A stretch of DNA of 63,208 nt from a virus (Duplodnaviria; Caudoviricetes), in IMG/VR virus record IMGVR_UViG_3300030406_003636, positions 1-63,208 of that record. One strand, given 5' to 3'. This document shows positions 45,398 through 54,863 of the stretch, piece by piece (the stretch's first letter is position 1; the number at the start of each line of letters is the position of its first letter). The notes under the pieces are model-generated. The model had not been told where the DNA came from, made no database searches, and saw only the letters and a list, made by a program, of their open reading frames with translations. The translations under genes were made by a program, and so were the position numbers.

Positions 45398-47119
45398 CTA
45401 ACCATCACAACTTAAACAATCTTCACTAGTAGCGGCAGCTGCAATATCACCACGCAGCACTGATTCTGTCCGCATATAATACAAAGTTTTAATACCTTTT
45501 TTCCAAGCTTCTAAGTGTACTTTATTTATAAACTTAGGATCAGCTTGAGCAGGAAAAGCTAAGTTTAAACTTACAGCTTGATCAACATACTGTTGTCGTA
45601 TACCTGCTTGATTAACTAACTCTAGTTGATTTATTTCCTTAAATGTTTTATATACCTCTTTTATAGGAACATCATGTTCACCTACAGTTACTTTGTCTAG
45701 CTCTTTAATATCTTGTACAGATCCACCGTCAGCTAGTATTTTATTCCATATCTTATCAGTGTTTAACTTTTTCTTTTTAAGTTCATTGACAAGAGTAGGA
45801 TTTTTACGTATAAACGTGCCTTTCGCGCTTTGATCCGTAAATACATTAGCTGCCCAAGGCTCGATTCCTGGACTAATATTACCAGCAAGCTTTGAATTAC
45901 TAACGGTAGGTGCAATAGCGCGAAGATGAGTATTACGAAATCCGGTACCCACGCACCATAACGGTTCACCATACGTCTCTGCCAGCGCCATGCTAGCCCT
46001 TTCACTCTCGATTTTAATCTGACTAAAAATTCTTCTTGTTTCATGTTGTGCTAATAATCCTTCAAAAGGATAACCTTTTTGTTGTAAATATGTATGCCAA
46101 CCTAAAACACCTAAACCTAATGCTCTACCTTTTTCTGCAAATCTAACTGCATTTTCAAAGCCTCTTCTGTTCTTAGCTTTTTGTATAAACTCTTCTAATA
46201 CACCATCTAAAAACCATATGCTATCATATATTAAGTTTGTATTTTTCCACTCATTATATTTAGCTAGATTTAAACTAGATAAACAACAAACAAAGCTATG
46301 GTTCTCATCCGTGTGTAATACTATTTCACTACATATGTTAGTCATAAATACTTTTAAAGCATTATCCTTATACATACTTGGGTTTTGTTTATTAACATTA
46401 CCTTTAAACATTACATAAGGTTCACCAGTTGCTTTACGTTTTTGAAGTAATTTACCCCATTTACGTCTTGCTACTTTATCTCCAGCTGCTAGCTTTCTCA
46501 TAAACTTATCACCAATAATAGTACATTGATGTAAGTTTAACGACTGTCTATTAACATCACCTTTAGGTTCTCTTATTTCCAGCCAGTCTTCCCAGTCAGC
46601 GTGTTCAATATTTAAGTTGACTGAAGCAGCACCTCTACGTACAGCACCTTGATTTGTAGCTAGTATACTTGAGTCGTATACTTTACAAAATGGAACTATA
46701 CCATCTGAAGTACCGTTCATTGTTATCTCTGATCCTGCTGGCCTTATTTGGTTTATACCAATACCTACGCCACCACCATGCTTAGCTAGCAACATCATCT
46801 CTAAATTTTTCTTGCCAATATCATATATGCTATCAGCAACATCAATACCAAAACAAGATATAGGTAAACCTCTTTCTGTTCCAGTGTTTGATAAAACAGG
46901 TGAAGCTAAACATAACCAACCGTTCCATATGTATTCAAAAAACTTATCTGCCATTTCTGGTTTTTTAAGTCTCATTGCTACAGTATCTGCAACTCTTTTG
47001 TAAGCTTGTCTAGGTGTTTCACCGTTAAATAAATAACCACCTGTTATTGTTTTTTTGTATACGTCAGCGTCTGCCCACTCTGGGTAGTCCTGACCTTTTA
47101 TCCATCTATTGCTCCACAT
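45398..47119 (-). CDS. nrdA: Class I ribonucleotide reductase alpha subunit (no ATP cone)
   Basis: ISCF, GGGVG, TNICSEI, CCLSSLN, APTVSNS, KTLYY, C-terminal CLSCDG. Confidence 0.95.
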   Translation of the reverse strand: MWSNRWIKGQDYPEWADADVYKKTITGGYLFNGETPRQAYKRVADTVAMRLKKPEMADKFFEYIWNGWLCLASPVLSNTGTERGLPISCFGIDVADSIYDIGKKNLEMMLLAKHGGGVGIGINQIRPAGSEITMNGTSDGIVPFCKVYDSSILATNQGAVRRGAASVNLNIEHADWEDWLEIREPKGDVNRQSLNLHQCTIIGDKFMRKLAAGDKVARRKWGKLLQKRKATGEPYVMFKGNVNKQNPSMYKDNALKVFMTNICSEIVLHTDENHSFVCCLSSLNLAKYNEWKNTNLIYDSIWFLDGVLEEFIQKAKNRRGFENAVRFAEKGRALGLGVLGWHTYLQQKGYPFEGLLAQHETRRIFSQIKIESERASMALAETYGEPLWCVGTGFRNTHLRAIAPTVSNSKLAGNISPGIEPWAANVFTDQSAKGTFIRKNPTLVNELKKKKLNTDKIWNKILADGGSVQDIKELDKVTVGEHDVPIKEVYKTFKEINQLELVNQAGIRQQYVDQAVSLNLAFPAQADPKFINKVHLEAWKKGIKTLYYMRTESVLRGDIAAAATSEDCLSCDG

Positions 47120-47321
47120 CTCTCAATATAATTCCTGTTAGTTCATGGTTATTCCAAAAGGTAGTATCTTCTAAAACTAGTTCTTCACGAGTTCTTAATA
47201 CAGGTAAACCTTTATTATCTTTAAACTCATACCAACGTACTTCATCGTAGTATACTTTAAACCACCTGTTTGGAACACAACTCAGGAGCAACATGAATAA
47301 TGTTAATATTATTTTTCTCAT
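47106..47321 (-). CDS. Small lipoprotein between nrdB and nrdA
   Basis: MRKIILTLFMLLLSC lipobox. Confidence 0.6.
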   Translation of the reverse strand: MRKIILTLFMLLLSCVPNRWFKVYYDEVRWYEFKDNKGLPVLRTREELVLEDTTFWNNHELTGIILRDVEQ

Positions 47322-47326
47322 ATTAT

Positions 47327-48286
47327 TTACCAGATGTTTTCGAAATCTTCTCCCTCATTTGCTTTGCTATAGTCGGTCGACCTAATAGCAAAAAAATCGG
47401 TATGAGTATGACCCCCAGTAAGATGATAGAACCAATCGAGGTTCTTAGCTTTTTCTTCTTGGTAGTCAAATATTTCTTTGTATCCGAGTTCCACCATTTT
47501 TTCATTTGCTCTTTTTCTAATAAATTGTTTAAGATCTTCTGCCTTTAAATTTTCAAGGTCACCCATCTCAAACATCTTGTCTATATACTTTTCTTCTAAT
47601 TCAACCATAGTCATTGCAGCATCTTCAATATGAGGCTTGCATGCTTTTCTAAGCATACTTTTTTCTTCACACATATGATTAAATAATCTACAACCCATCT
47701 TACTGTGTAACGATTCATCACGCACCGACCATTTCATTTGTTGGCCAATACCTTTTAATAAGTTTCTCATTTGGAAACTATATAATACTGCAAAAGCAGA
47801 ATATAACGAAACGCCTTCAGCAAACGCGCTAAACACAGCTAATGATTTAGCTATACCAACTGGATCAGTGCCATCATAACTAACTAAGTTATCAAATCTA
47901 TCAGCTGTCGCTGGCTCATGTAAAAACGCTTCAAAGTTTTCAAGGCCTAATGTTTCATTTAAGTAACTATAAGCCACAGCGTGTATTGTTTCTTGCGAGC
48001 CAAACATCATTGCCATTTGTTGTATTTCATGTTTAGGAAACCAACCAACTACTTTCTGTGTCCAATAATCAGACACAGCACATTCAGTTTGCGCAAAGCC
48101 TAGTAATATATTACCTACTAAATTTTTCTCAGCGTCAGTTAACTTCTCGTTCCAGTCTTTAACATCGCCACTCATTGGTATTTCTGTATGTAACCAAAAA
48201 GCTTGTGCTTGTTTTAACCAACCTTCTGTATAATACTCTGGGTACTCAAAAGGTTTATATGCTATTCTGTTGTCAAATAATCCCAT
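47327..48286 (-). CDS. nrdB: Class I ribonucleotide reductase beta subunit
   Basis: KPFEYP, AQTE, ETIH...Y, EG, DESLH, DFF...TDY; ATG 48286. Confidence 0.95.
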   Translation of the reverse strand: MGLFDNRIAYKPFEYPEYYTEGWLKQAQAFWLHTEIPMSGDVKDWNEKLTDAEKNLVGNILLGFAQTECAVSDYWTQKVVGWFPKHEIQQMAMMFGSQETIHAVAYSYLNETLGLENFEAFLHEPATADRFDNLVSYDGTDPVGIAKSLAVFSAFAEGVSLYSAFAVLYSFQMRNLLKGIGQQMKWSVRDESLHSKMGCRLFNHMCEEKSMLRKACKPHIEDAAMTMVELEEKYIDKMFEMGDLENLKAEDLKQFIRKRANEKMVELGYKEIFDYQEEKAKNLDWFYHLTGGHTHTDFFAIRSTDYSKANEGEDFENIW

Positions 48287-48288
48287 AA

Positions 48289-48438
48289 TTAATCGTAATG
48301 TAAAGATAAACAAATATCAAATAAAAATACATAAAATACATGGTCTATTTTTTGTTGTTGCTCGTCTACATACTGTCTGTAGCCGAAGAGTAAACCAGTA
48401 AATATACCAAAACTTAACTCCCATCTAATTAATTTCAT
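48289..48438 (-). CDS. Small hydrophobic protein (49 aa)
   Basis: Hand-translated MKLIRWELSFGIFTGLLFGYRQY...ICLSLHYD. Confidence 0.55.
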   Translation of the reverse strand: MKLIRWELSFGIFTGLLFGYRQYVDEQQQKIDHVFYVFLFDICLSLHYD

Positions 48439-48575
48439 CTTCCTTGTCCTCTATATTTAGAGCCAGAATAATACTTACCATGCTGTTGATTTGTGTTTCT
48501 ATTTTTAGAATGTATACCTGGTCTTTTCTTTTTAGGTTTAAATCTATATGCTTGTAAATTTAATCTTCTAGCCAT
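48435..48575 (-). CDS. Small basic protein ending YRGQGR (46 aa)
   Basis: MARRLNLQAYRFKPKKKRPGIHSKNRN...KYRGQGR. Confidence 0.7.
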   Translation of the reverse strand: MARRLNLQAYRFKPKKKRPGIHSKNRNTNQQHGKYYSGSKYRGQGR

Positions 48576-49008
48576 TTTTAATTAGTTTAACTACTTCATC
48601 ACACTCACTCTGTCTTTGTGGTTTGTATAGAGTTATATCAGGTAAATTATCTGCTACGTATTTTTTAAACAACTTCCAACGTATTGGAAATGATTCGTTA
48701 GCTCTACCTTTACACTCAATGATAAAGTTTTTTCCTTCAAAATCTGGTGTATACTTAATAGCTAAAACTTTTTTATTTCCTCTATTAACCATATCACCTT
48801 TACCATTTGATTGTCTTTCGTATGAAAGGTTTTTAAATTCAAATGGTGGTATTAACTCAAACGATCTTTGTTCGTATTGAGCTTTTATTCTAGCTTTTTT
48901 TAAAGCTTTGTACATATAAGCTTCAAGTCCACTAGCAAATTTAATCCCGTCAACAGTAACTTTTTTACTAACAACGGGACCACGTTTTCTTCTAATCTTT
49001 CTTCTCAT
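48568..49008 (-). CDS. PD-(D/E)xK endonuclease (T7 endonuclease I / DUF1064-like)
   Basis: DGIKFASGLE, YTPDF...IIECKG; start ATG 49008. Confidence 0.8.
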   Translation of the reverse strand: MRRKIRRKRGPVVSKKVTVDGIKFASGLEAYMYKALKKARIKAQYEQRSFELIPPFEFKNLSYERQSNGKGDMVNRGNKKVLAIKYTPDFEGKNFIIECKGRANESFPIRWKLFKKYVADNLPDITLYKPQRQSECDEVVKLIKNG

Positions 49009-49213
49009 TGATACAAGTTTTTGCAGCTTCAATGTATAACAACGCATCCATTATTTCTTCTTGTACATCAACTAAAAAATCATATAGATTTTTTTTATTA
49101 GTTGTTACTTCATTGTGCATTGTTTGCCCGTACTTTTGTTGACCAACTAAACTACGTTTGTCCATTTTAGCTATAACAGCTTGTACTATTTTATCTTCGG
49201 TATTAATTTTCAT
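48992..49213 (-). CDS. Small MazG-like / nucleotide-pool protein
   Basis: G..KYG...QEE.MDA..Y. Confidence 0.55.
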   Translation of the reverse strand: MKINTEDKIVQAVIAKMDKRSLVGQQKYGQTMHNEVTTNKKNLYDFLVDVQEEIMDALLYIEAAKTCINEKKD

Positions 49214-49976
49214 CTTTAACAAATGTACCGTTAATCATTTTACCTTTTCTACTTGATATTTCATTGTAAGCGGATGCTATACAATCTTCTATGTTATAGC
49301 CAGATAATGTAGCTAGATTAGTTAATACAACTACTGAATCACCAATAGCATCAACTATTTCTGGTTTATCATTTTCTAATACAGCTTTAGCTAATTCACC
49401 AACTTCTTCTTGTAGTTTTATAAGCTGCGTTTTAGAATCACCATCTTTGTATATACCTCTTTGATCAGCCCAGTCTCGTATGTTTGTAAACATTTTAAGA
49501 GGTTTTTTAGATGTTATTTTGTTTACAGGTTTGTTAGTAAAAGCAGCAAACGCTTTATTGTAAATGTAAGATCTATTAGGATTATACATAGATGTTTTTA
49601 CATTTTTCATTATCCATTGTATTGTTTCACTATTTATTGTAAACTTACCGTGTTCGGTATCCCACTCCATACCTATGACATCAAATAATCTACCTTTAAG
49701 TTTATCAACAGGCACAGGAAAAGTTGTGGTTTGTTCTGTTATATTTATTTTCATTGTGGTTTTTGGTTTTAAATTTTTATATAATGTACGATCAACCTTA
49801 TAGCCAAAAGCTTTTTGCAATTGTATCTCTCTAATAGATACAATATCAAGGTCATCGTGTTCTTCTAATACTTCATATTCGCCTGGTCCATAGCCTTGTT
49901 GTATAGTGACCCGGTTAATAAGATCACAGGTAACACCTATTTTTTTACCAGGAATATGATAAATAAAATACTTCAT
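49203..49976 (-). CDS. MazG-like dNTP pyrophosphohydrolase with N-terminal GIY-YIG-like extension
   Basis: KLQEEVGEL...EIVDAIGD at C-terminus; YFIY...KIGVT...R at N-terminus. Confidence 0.75.
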   Translation of the reverse strand: MKYFIYHIPGKKIGVTCDLINRVTIQQGYGPGEYEVLEEHDDLDIVSIREIQLQKAFGYKVDRTLYKNLKPKTTMKINITEQTTTFPVPVDKLKGRLFDVIGMEWDTEHGKFTINSETIQWIMKNVKTSMYNPNRSYIYNKAFAAFTNKPVNKITSKKPLKMFTNIRDWADQRGIYKDGDSKTQLIKLQEEVGELAKAVLENDKPEIVDAIGDSVVVLTNLATLSGYNIEDCIASAYNEISSRKGKMINGTFVKDEN

Positions 49977-50611
49977 AATTTATCGTTATAAATATGCATG
50001 TTATGTGCGTGATGGTAGTACCATCCTAGCTCTTTATTTGTATCCTTAGCAACCATTTGTTGCAACATACTAAAACAGTATTGATCATTACAAAAGCCGT
50101 ACCAGAGATCATTAGATCTCATATAAACAGACATATTTAGTTTGTTATCTAGTATCGTAAATTGTACCGCGTAAGTACACGGCGTATCATTGTGATACTC
50201 TTCGTTTTCTTTAGCATCATATATACTTATGGCACCGTGCCTAGTATCTTCAACTCTATTTAAGATGTCTACAATGTAGTCATATTGACCATTACGCATC
50301 CATTGCCAACCATAGTTACTATTAACATAACCATTTTCATCAGCCATACGCTCCCATATAGGAGGTATTTTGCCGTATATATCGCCTAGTTTTTTAATGT
50401 TATTATCACCTGATAAATACCATTGCCACTCAGCGTCGGCATATTCTTTTTTCCACTTTCTTATTGGGTTTGTTATTAAATTATCAGCAGGATTTTGTAT
50501 ATAAAAACCTATATTAAACATTGCTTTTGTATTAGCAAAATCTCTACCTGCTTCAGGTATTAATTTCCAATAATGATTGAAAGCGTGATTTGCATTATAA
50601 AATGTTTCCAT
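49973..50611 (-). CDS. Thymidylate synthase superfamily, dCMP hydroxymethylase-like
   Basis: VNSNYGW, PCT, MRSNDLWYGFCND (Asp at the specificity position), HIY. Confidence 0.75.
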   Translation of the reverse strand: METFYNANHAFNHYWKLIPEAGRDFANTKAMFNIGFYIQNPADNLITNPIRKWKKEYADAEWQWYLSGDNNIKKLGDIYGKIPPIWERMADENGYVNSNYGWQWMRNGQYDYIVDILNRVEDTRHGAISIYDAKENEEYHNDTPCTYAVQFTILDNKLNMSVYMRSNDLWYGFCNDQYCFSMLQQMVAKDTNKELGWYYHHAHNMHIYNDKL

Positions 50612-52341
50612 TATTCCCAGGGTAATTCTTCTTTATCTTGTACATCAGTTTCAACTGGTACATATGAACCTGATTTAGGTTCCCAGTTAAAAAATGCTTC
50701 TGCTCCGTTTTCACCTAAGTTTTGAAACTTAACTTTTAAAACTTTAACTTTAGTATTTTTAGCTTGGTAATCTCTATGAACTAATAAACCATGATAACTA
50801 GCATCATACCACTCACCACCACCTTTTATATTATACATAGTTGGTTCTTCAATTTTACCATCTTGTCCTTTCATCATCTTAGTTGGATGAGCGACAATAA
50901 ATACTAATACGTCATATTTTTTAGCAAATACTTCGATCTTAGTTAGATAATCCATAGTATATCTATTAACATCATCTGATACAGCTCTAGTGTCTCTGAC
51001 TTTATTATATGGATCAATGACAAGGCATTTAATACCTTTACGTTTTACAAGTTCAGCGCCTTTACGTAATACAGACTCAAGATCATACTTATCCATATCA
51101 ATAAAATAAAAGTTATCATTAACATGTTCAGATACTTGTTTCCATTTACTACCGCCAATATCGCCAGGCGAAGGCATATCTTGCCACACCTTTCGCATTA
51201 GCTTATGCGCGTGTAAATATGTTGGTTGATTTTCAGGACTTGCAAAAGCAGTTTTCCAATTGTAATTGTTATTATAACCAACTACCATTTGATCTACAAA
51301 ATCTGATTTACCTGATGAAGGTATACCAGTTACAGTGATAAACTGCCCAGTGTACGTGCTGAATATTTTATCAAAGTTTTTTAAACCAACCTGATAACCA
51401 GGTTTAAAACCATTTTTAACAAAGTCTTTTAAATCTTCTTCAACATCTTTTAATGTAGATACATTTTCAAGAGGAACTGGTTTTGCTATTGTTACTAGAT
51501 TTTTAAGTGCATCAGCGCCGTAAGTATTTAAATACTCGTTAGCATCTTTACAGTCTTTTAAATCTATTAAGTAACAAACTTCAGCGCCAAGTCTACGTAT
51601 AAACTCTTGCTGTAAAGCCATACCAGCTTCATCTTGATCAACCGCTAAAATTATTTTTTCTTTGTTTTCAAAGTAATCAATGCAGTTATCTAAGTAATCT
51701 AAATTATTTTGATTTAATGTAGCACCGTTGGGTACTGACACTACGTTTCTAACTCCAGCTTCAACGAAGCTTAAAGCATCTATTTCACCTTCAGTTATAA
51801 CGCAACTGTCATGACCTATAATACTATTAATATTATAAAATATCTTTTCAGCTCCTTTATATAACTTAAAGTTTTTTCTACCATCACGGTATTTAATATT
51901 AATAAGCTCGTTGCCCATATAATAATTAAACCTGATAGTATTCTCGTCCTTGCCAGTTTGCGGCATCCACTCTTTAGTTTCTGTTACATTACAATAATCT
52001 AAAGTTTGTGGTGATATACCACGTGACTCAAACCATTTTAAAACCTTATCACTAAGCTCGCTGTTGTATTGTACAACTTGAGGTGATGAATCAGGTTTGG
52101 CATATTCTTTATCAGACTTACCTTTTCTTTCGTAAGTATGTAGTTGAAATGTTTCGTTGCAATTGTGACAAGTACCGAGACCACGTTCCCAATCATACGA
52201 AGCACATTGCTTCTTTTGATTTTTAGGTTTCCTATTATGGGAACACAAGGGACAAGTCCCCTGTGTTTTACCCACTGCAAGGTCATGTTGATTGAACTTG
52301 TCAATAACAAATCCATTGATCTCTGTGTTTTCTACTTGCAT
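50611..52341 (-). CDS. Primase-helicase (T7 gp4/Twinkle-like)
   Basis: CPLC...CHNC Zn finger, EGEID/DQD TOPRIM, GIPSSGKS Walker A, IDP, AHP. Confidence 0.92.
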   Translation of the reverse strand: MQVENTEINGFVIDKFNQHDLAVGKTQGTCPLCSHNRKPKNQKKQCASYDWERGLGTCHNCNETFQLHTYERKGKSDKEYAKPDSSPQVVQYNSELSDKVLKWFESRGISPQTLDYCNVTETKEWMPQTGKDENTIRFNYYMGNELINIKYRDGRKNFKLYKGAEKIFYNINSIIGHDSCVITEGEIDALSFVEAGVRNVVSVPNGATLNQNNLDYLDNCIDYFENKEKIILAVDQDEAGMALQQEFIRRLGAEVCYLIDLKDCKDANEYLNTYGADALKNLVTIAKPVPLENVSTLKDVEEDLKDFVKNGFKPGYQVGLKNFDKIFSTYTGQFITVTGIPSSGKSDFVDQMVVGYNNNYNWKTAFASPENQPTYLHAHKLMRKVWQDMPSPGDIGGSKWKQVSEHVNDNFYFIDMDKYDLESVLRKGAELVKRKGIKCLVIDPYNKVRDTRAVSDDVNRYTMDYLTKIEVFAKKYDVLVFIVAHPTKMMKGQDGKIEEPTMYNIKGGGEWYDASYHGLLVHRDYQAKNTKVKVLKVKFQNLGENGAEAFFNWEPKSGSYVPVETDVQDKEELPWE

Positions 52342-52344
52342 GTA

Positions 52345-52656
52345 TTAAAATGGTATATCATCATGTGTATCAGCAACTGGTTGCGGAGCAGCCTTTGCAG
52401 CACCTTGTACTGGTGTAGGCTCAGGAAAAGTACCATTAGTCCAAACAACCCTAACATTACCTAAGTAAGTTTTAGGTTCTTTAGCTTCTCTTTCCTCTTT
52501 AGTTTGATCAACGGCAACTGGGCCTTGATTACCAAACTGATCAGTCTCATCATTTACTGTTATTGATATAGGTAAATACTTACCTTTTTTACCAGTGATG
52601 ATCCTGTCTTTAGGAATAGCACTTAAGTTTATACTTGTTTTAATAATTCCAGCCAT
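52345..52656 (-). CDS. Putative single-stranded DNA-binding protein
   Basis: GKKGKYL..., YLGN, acidic C-terminus DDIPF. Confidence 0.7.
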   Translation of the reverse strand: MAGIIKTSINLSAIPKDRIITGKKGKYLPISITVNDETDQFGNQGPVAVDQTKEEREAKEPKTYLGNVRVVWTNGTFPEPTPVQGAAKAAPQPVADTHDDIPF

Positions 52657-52657
52657 A

Positions 52658-52825
52658 TTAGTATGTAGCTATTTGGTTAAACATCCTAGACATTTGGCTC
52701 TTTGTAGCGCCAGTTAGTCTTCTTAAATTATCAACAGCCTTTACGTGGCTTTGATTTGTGTAAAAATTATTTACGCTTGTTGTCATGCCTGTTACATCGC
52801 ATGTTCTTTTTCTAGTTCTTGCCAT
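52658..52825 (-). CDS. Hypothetical protein (55 aa)
   Basis: Hand-translated MARTRKRTCDVTGMTTSVNNFY...; fills the gap exactly. Confidence 0.6.
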   Translation of the reverse strand: MARTRKRTCDVTGMTTSVNNFYTNQSHVKAVDNLRRLTGATKSQMSRMFNQIATY

Positions 52826-52834
52826 AATATTAAA

Positions 52835-53566
52835 TTAAAGTGTTTTGTTTATAAAATATTGCTTAGGATCAAAGTCCTTAGTCTTGTAAAATAAATCATA
52901 TATCTCACTTGCCTTCTCCACTTTTAACTGTCCACGATCTAAAAAATCGTTTGAACAATCAAATATACCTATTTGATTTGAATTTTTATCTATAACTATG
53001 AAAATAAATTCATAGCCAAACAACTTACTATAAATATAAGCTTGTGAATCGTAGTTATAACGATATGCACTAGACTTAAATTTATTTATATCAGCAGTTG
53101 TTTTTAAATCAACTATAACTCCATCATCATGGTTGATTATATCAGCCTTGCCCTTCCATTTGTTTCCAAATAATTCAGTGACAGCTGGCTTCTCATATTC
53201 AACTTCAGCCCCTCTGATTAAGTCACTGCATACTTTATTCTGCATAACTACATCAGTCATAGCTTCAATTTTATCAACTTCGTGTTTTAGTAGGCATAAC
53301 TCACCGCCTGATATTTCTTTATAAGCTTTTGTATTACGAGTTGTTGACTCAATAATTTTAAAACTTTTAAGCTTATCAGGTTCAAGTATTGCAGTATGAA
53401 AATACTTACCTACTAAAAACGCAGCTGATTCTTTACTGGGCTCGCCAAGAGCCAATGGGTTGTTAAATAGAGTTGATATATCACTATTACTGAGGAACTG
53501 TTTTCCGAAGACCCCATAGTAATGGTTATCATCTCTTAATTTATCAACCACCTTTTTTGTGTTCAT
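52835..53566 (-). CDS. PD-(D/E)xK exonuclease (RecE/DUF3799-like)
   Basis: LSNS, G..FH.AILEP, KGKAD, VDLKTT, Y..QA..Y. Confidence 0.85.
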   Translation of the reverse strand: MNTKKVVDKLRDDNHYYGVFGKQFLSNSDISTLFNNPLALGEPSKESAAFLVGKYFHTAILEPDKLKSFKIIESTTRNTKAYKEISGGELCLLKHEVDKIEAMTDVVMQNKVCSDLIRGAEVEYEKPAVTELFGNKWKGKADIINHDDGVIVDLKTTADINKFKSSAYRYNYDSQAYIYSKLFGYEFIFIVIDKNSNQIGIFDCSNDFLDRGQLKVEKASEIYDLFYKTKDFDPKQYFINKTL

Positions 53567-54112
53567 TTATAAAGAATTAAGATGTTGTTCTAATTCTGGT
53601 GCCAGTGTGTATTTATTTTTAATAGCTTCTACTTTCCCACCTGCCTTTACATAATCAACGGCTTTATCAAAAGAGTCAGACTCTTTTTTTAACCAAGGCT
53701 TTGAAGCCTTACCGTGATTATTTGTTGCATCACTGTCCTGTGTATCATCTATAAGAAATAAATTACCAAGCGCATACTTTTTACCGTATGAACTAGCGCT
53801 ACCAAACTGTTGTGGTACTTGCATACCTTTTTGATTTAAATCTACACCGACAATGGCAGTAGCCTGTATAGAGTTATCAAACTTATCAGATATTGTAGCA
53901 ACTGACTTTATAACAGGCACATCGCCTGAAATAAATTCTTCATTAACTGTGACAGTTACTCCATACTCAGTTAAATAAGGCTTTATAGATTCTAGTATAT
54001 CTTCAGCACTACGAAAGTAGTATTTGCCAAAGCTATTAAACCTAGATTTTTTAGCCTTTAATCTAGTTTGTATGTTAGATAACTTATCGTGTATTGATAA
54101 TTTGTTTTTCAT
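53567..54112 (-). CDS. erf: ERF-family ssDNA annealing protein
   Basis: Y.FRSAEDI, Q..GSASSY.KKYAL..LF.IDD..D.D. Confidence 0.88.
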   Translation of the reverse strand: MKNKLSIHDKLSNIQTRLKAKKSRFNSFGKYYFRSAEDILESIKPYLTEYGVTVTVNEEFISGDVPVIKSVATISDKFDNSIQATAIVGVDLNQKGMQVPQQFGSASSYGKKYALGNLFLIDDTQDSDATNNHGKASKPWLKKESDSFDKAVDYVKAGGKVEAIKNKYTLAPELEQHLNSL

Positions 54113-54113
54113 A

Positions 54114-54863
54114 TTATAAATAATCTATAACCTGTGAAGGATCAACATTGTCTATTAATCTTTGCACAGCTTGTTTTTTTAATTGAGATACCCTAACGTA
54201 AGAACTCGTGCCTTTTATTTCTAATATCAAAGCTATTTGTTTAGCTGAATGTTTATCACAATCAAGTCCATAGCTTAATCTTAGCACTTCATACTCTTTT
54301 CTGTTCAAGTATTTCTTCATTAAACTTTTTAAATAACTATTTAAAAGATCTATATTATATTTTTCAGTTTTATCTTCGATCTGAAATATCATATCGTTAT
54401 TTTCAGTCTGCTCTTCAATACTTAAAAATATTGAATTAAAAAACTGAGCAACAAGCTTTTTATCTTCGCCTAAGTTTCTACGCATCTCGTTTAACTTATG
54501 CTCAGGTATTCTCATGCCTGCTCTATTAATATCAATAGCTCTTCTTATAGCACCTTTAATTCGTTTAGATAAAAACGATATTAAAGTTTTTTCTGGATTA
54601 TCACTATCAATGATAGTATCCCAGTCAATTTTATTAGCCGCAGCAATTAAGCCATAGCTACCTTCCTGTATTAAATCTGTTATATCTAATACTCCTGACG
54701 CTGCTTGGCCAGTTGAAAACTTACGTGCTAAATTTTCAACTAGATATAAGTAACGTACTTTAACAGCTTCAGTATCACCTAATATGTCTTCAGGTAACCT
54801 GCTGTTAACTTGTTCTACATCATTTTTATACCTGATGTAGTTTTCAACATTATACTTTCTCAT
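54114..54863 (-). CDS. Sigma-70 family RNA polymerase sigma factor
   Basis: DLIQEG..GL, I.GAIRRAI...RIP (region 2/3); E.EVLRLSYGL...RVSQLK..A (region 4). Confidence 0.9.
   Translation of the reverse strand: MRKYNVENYIRYKNDVEQVNSRLPEDILGDTEAVKVRYLYLVENLARKFSTGQAASGVLDITDLIQEGSYGLIAAANKIDWDTIIDSDNPEKTLISFLSKRIKGAIRRAIDINRAGMRIPEHKLNEMRRNLGEDKKLVAQFFNSIFLSIEEQTENNDMIFQIEDKTEKYNIDLLNSYLKSLMKKYLNRKEYEVLRLSYGLDCDKHSAKQIALILEIKGTSSYVRVSQLKKQAVQRLIDNVDPSQVIDYL

Noticed and set aside
49973-50611. Ordinary thyA
   Set aside because: The specificity residue is Asp rather than Asn, so the symbol is withheld
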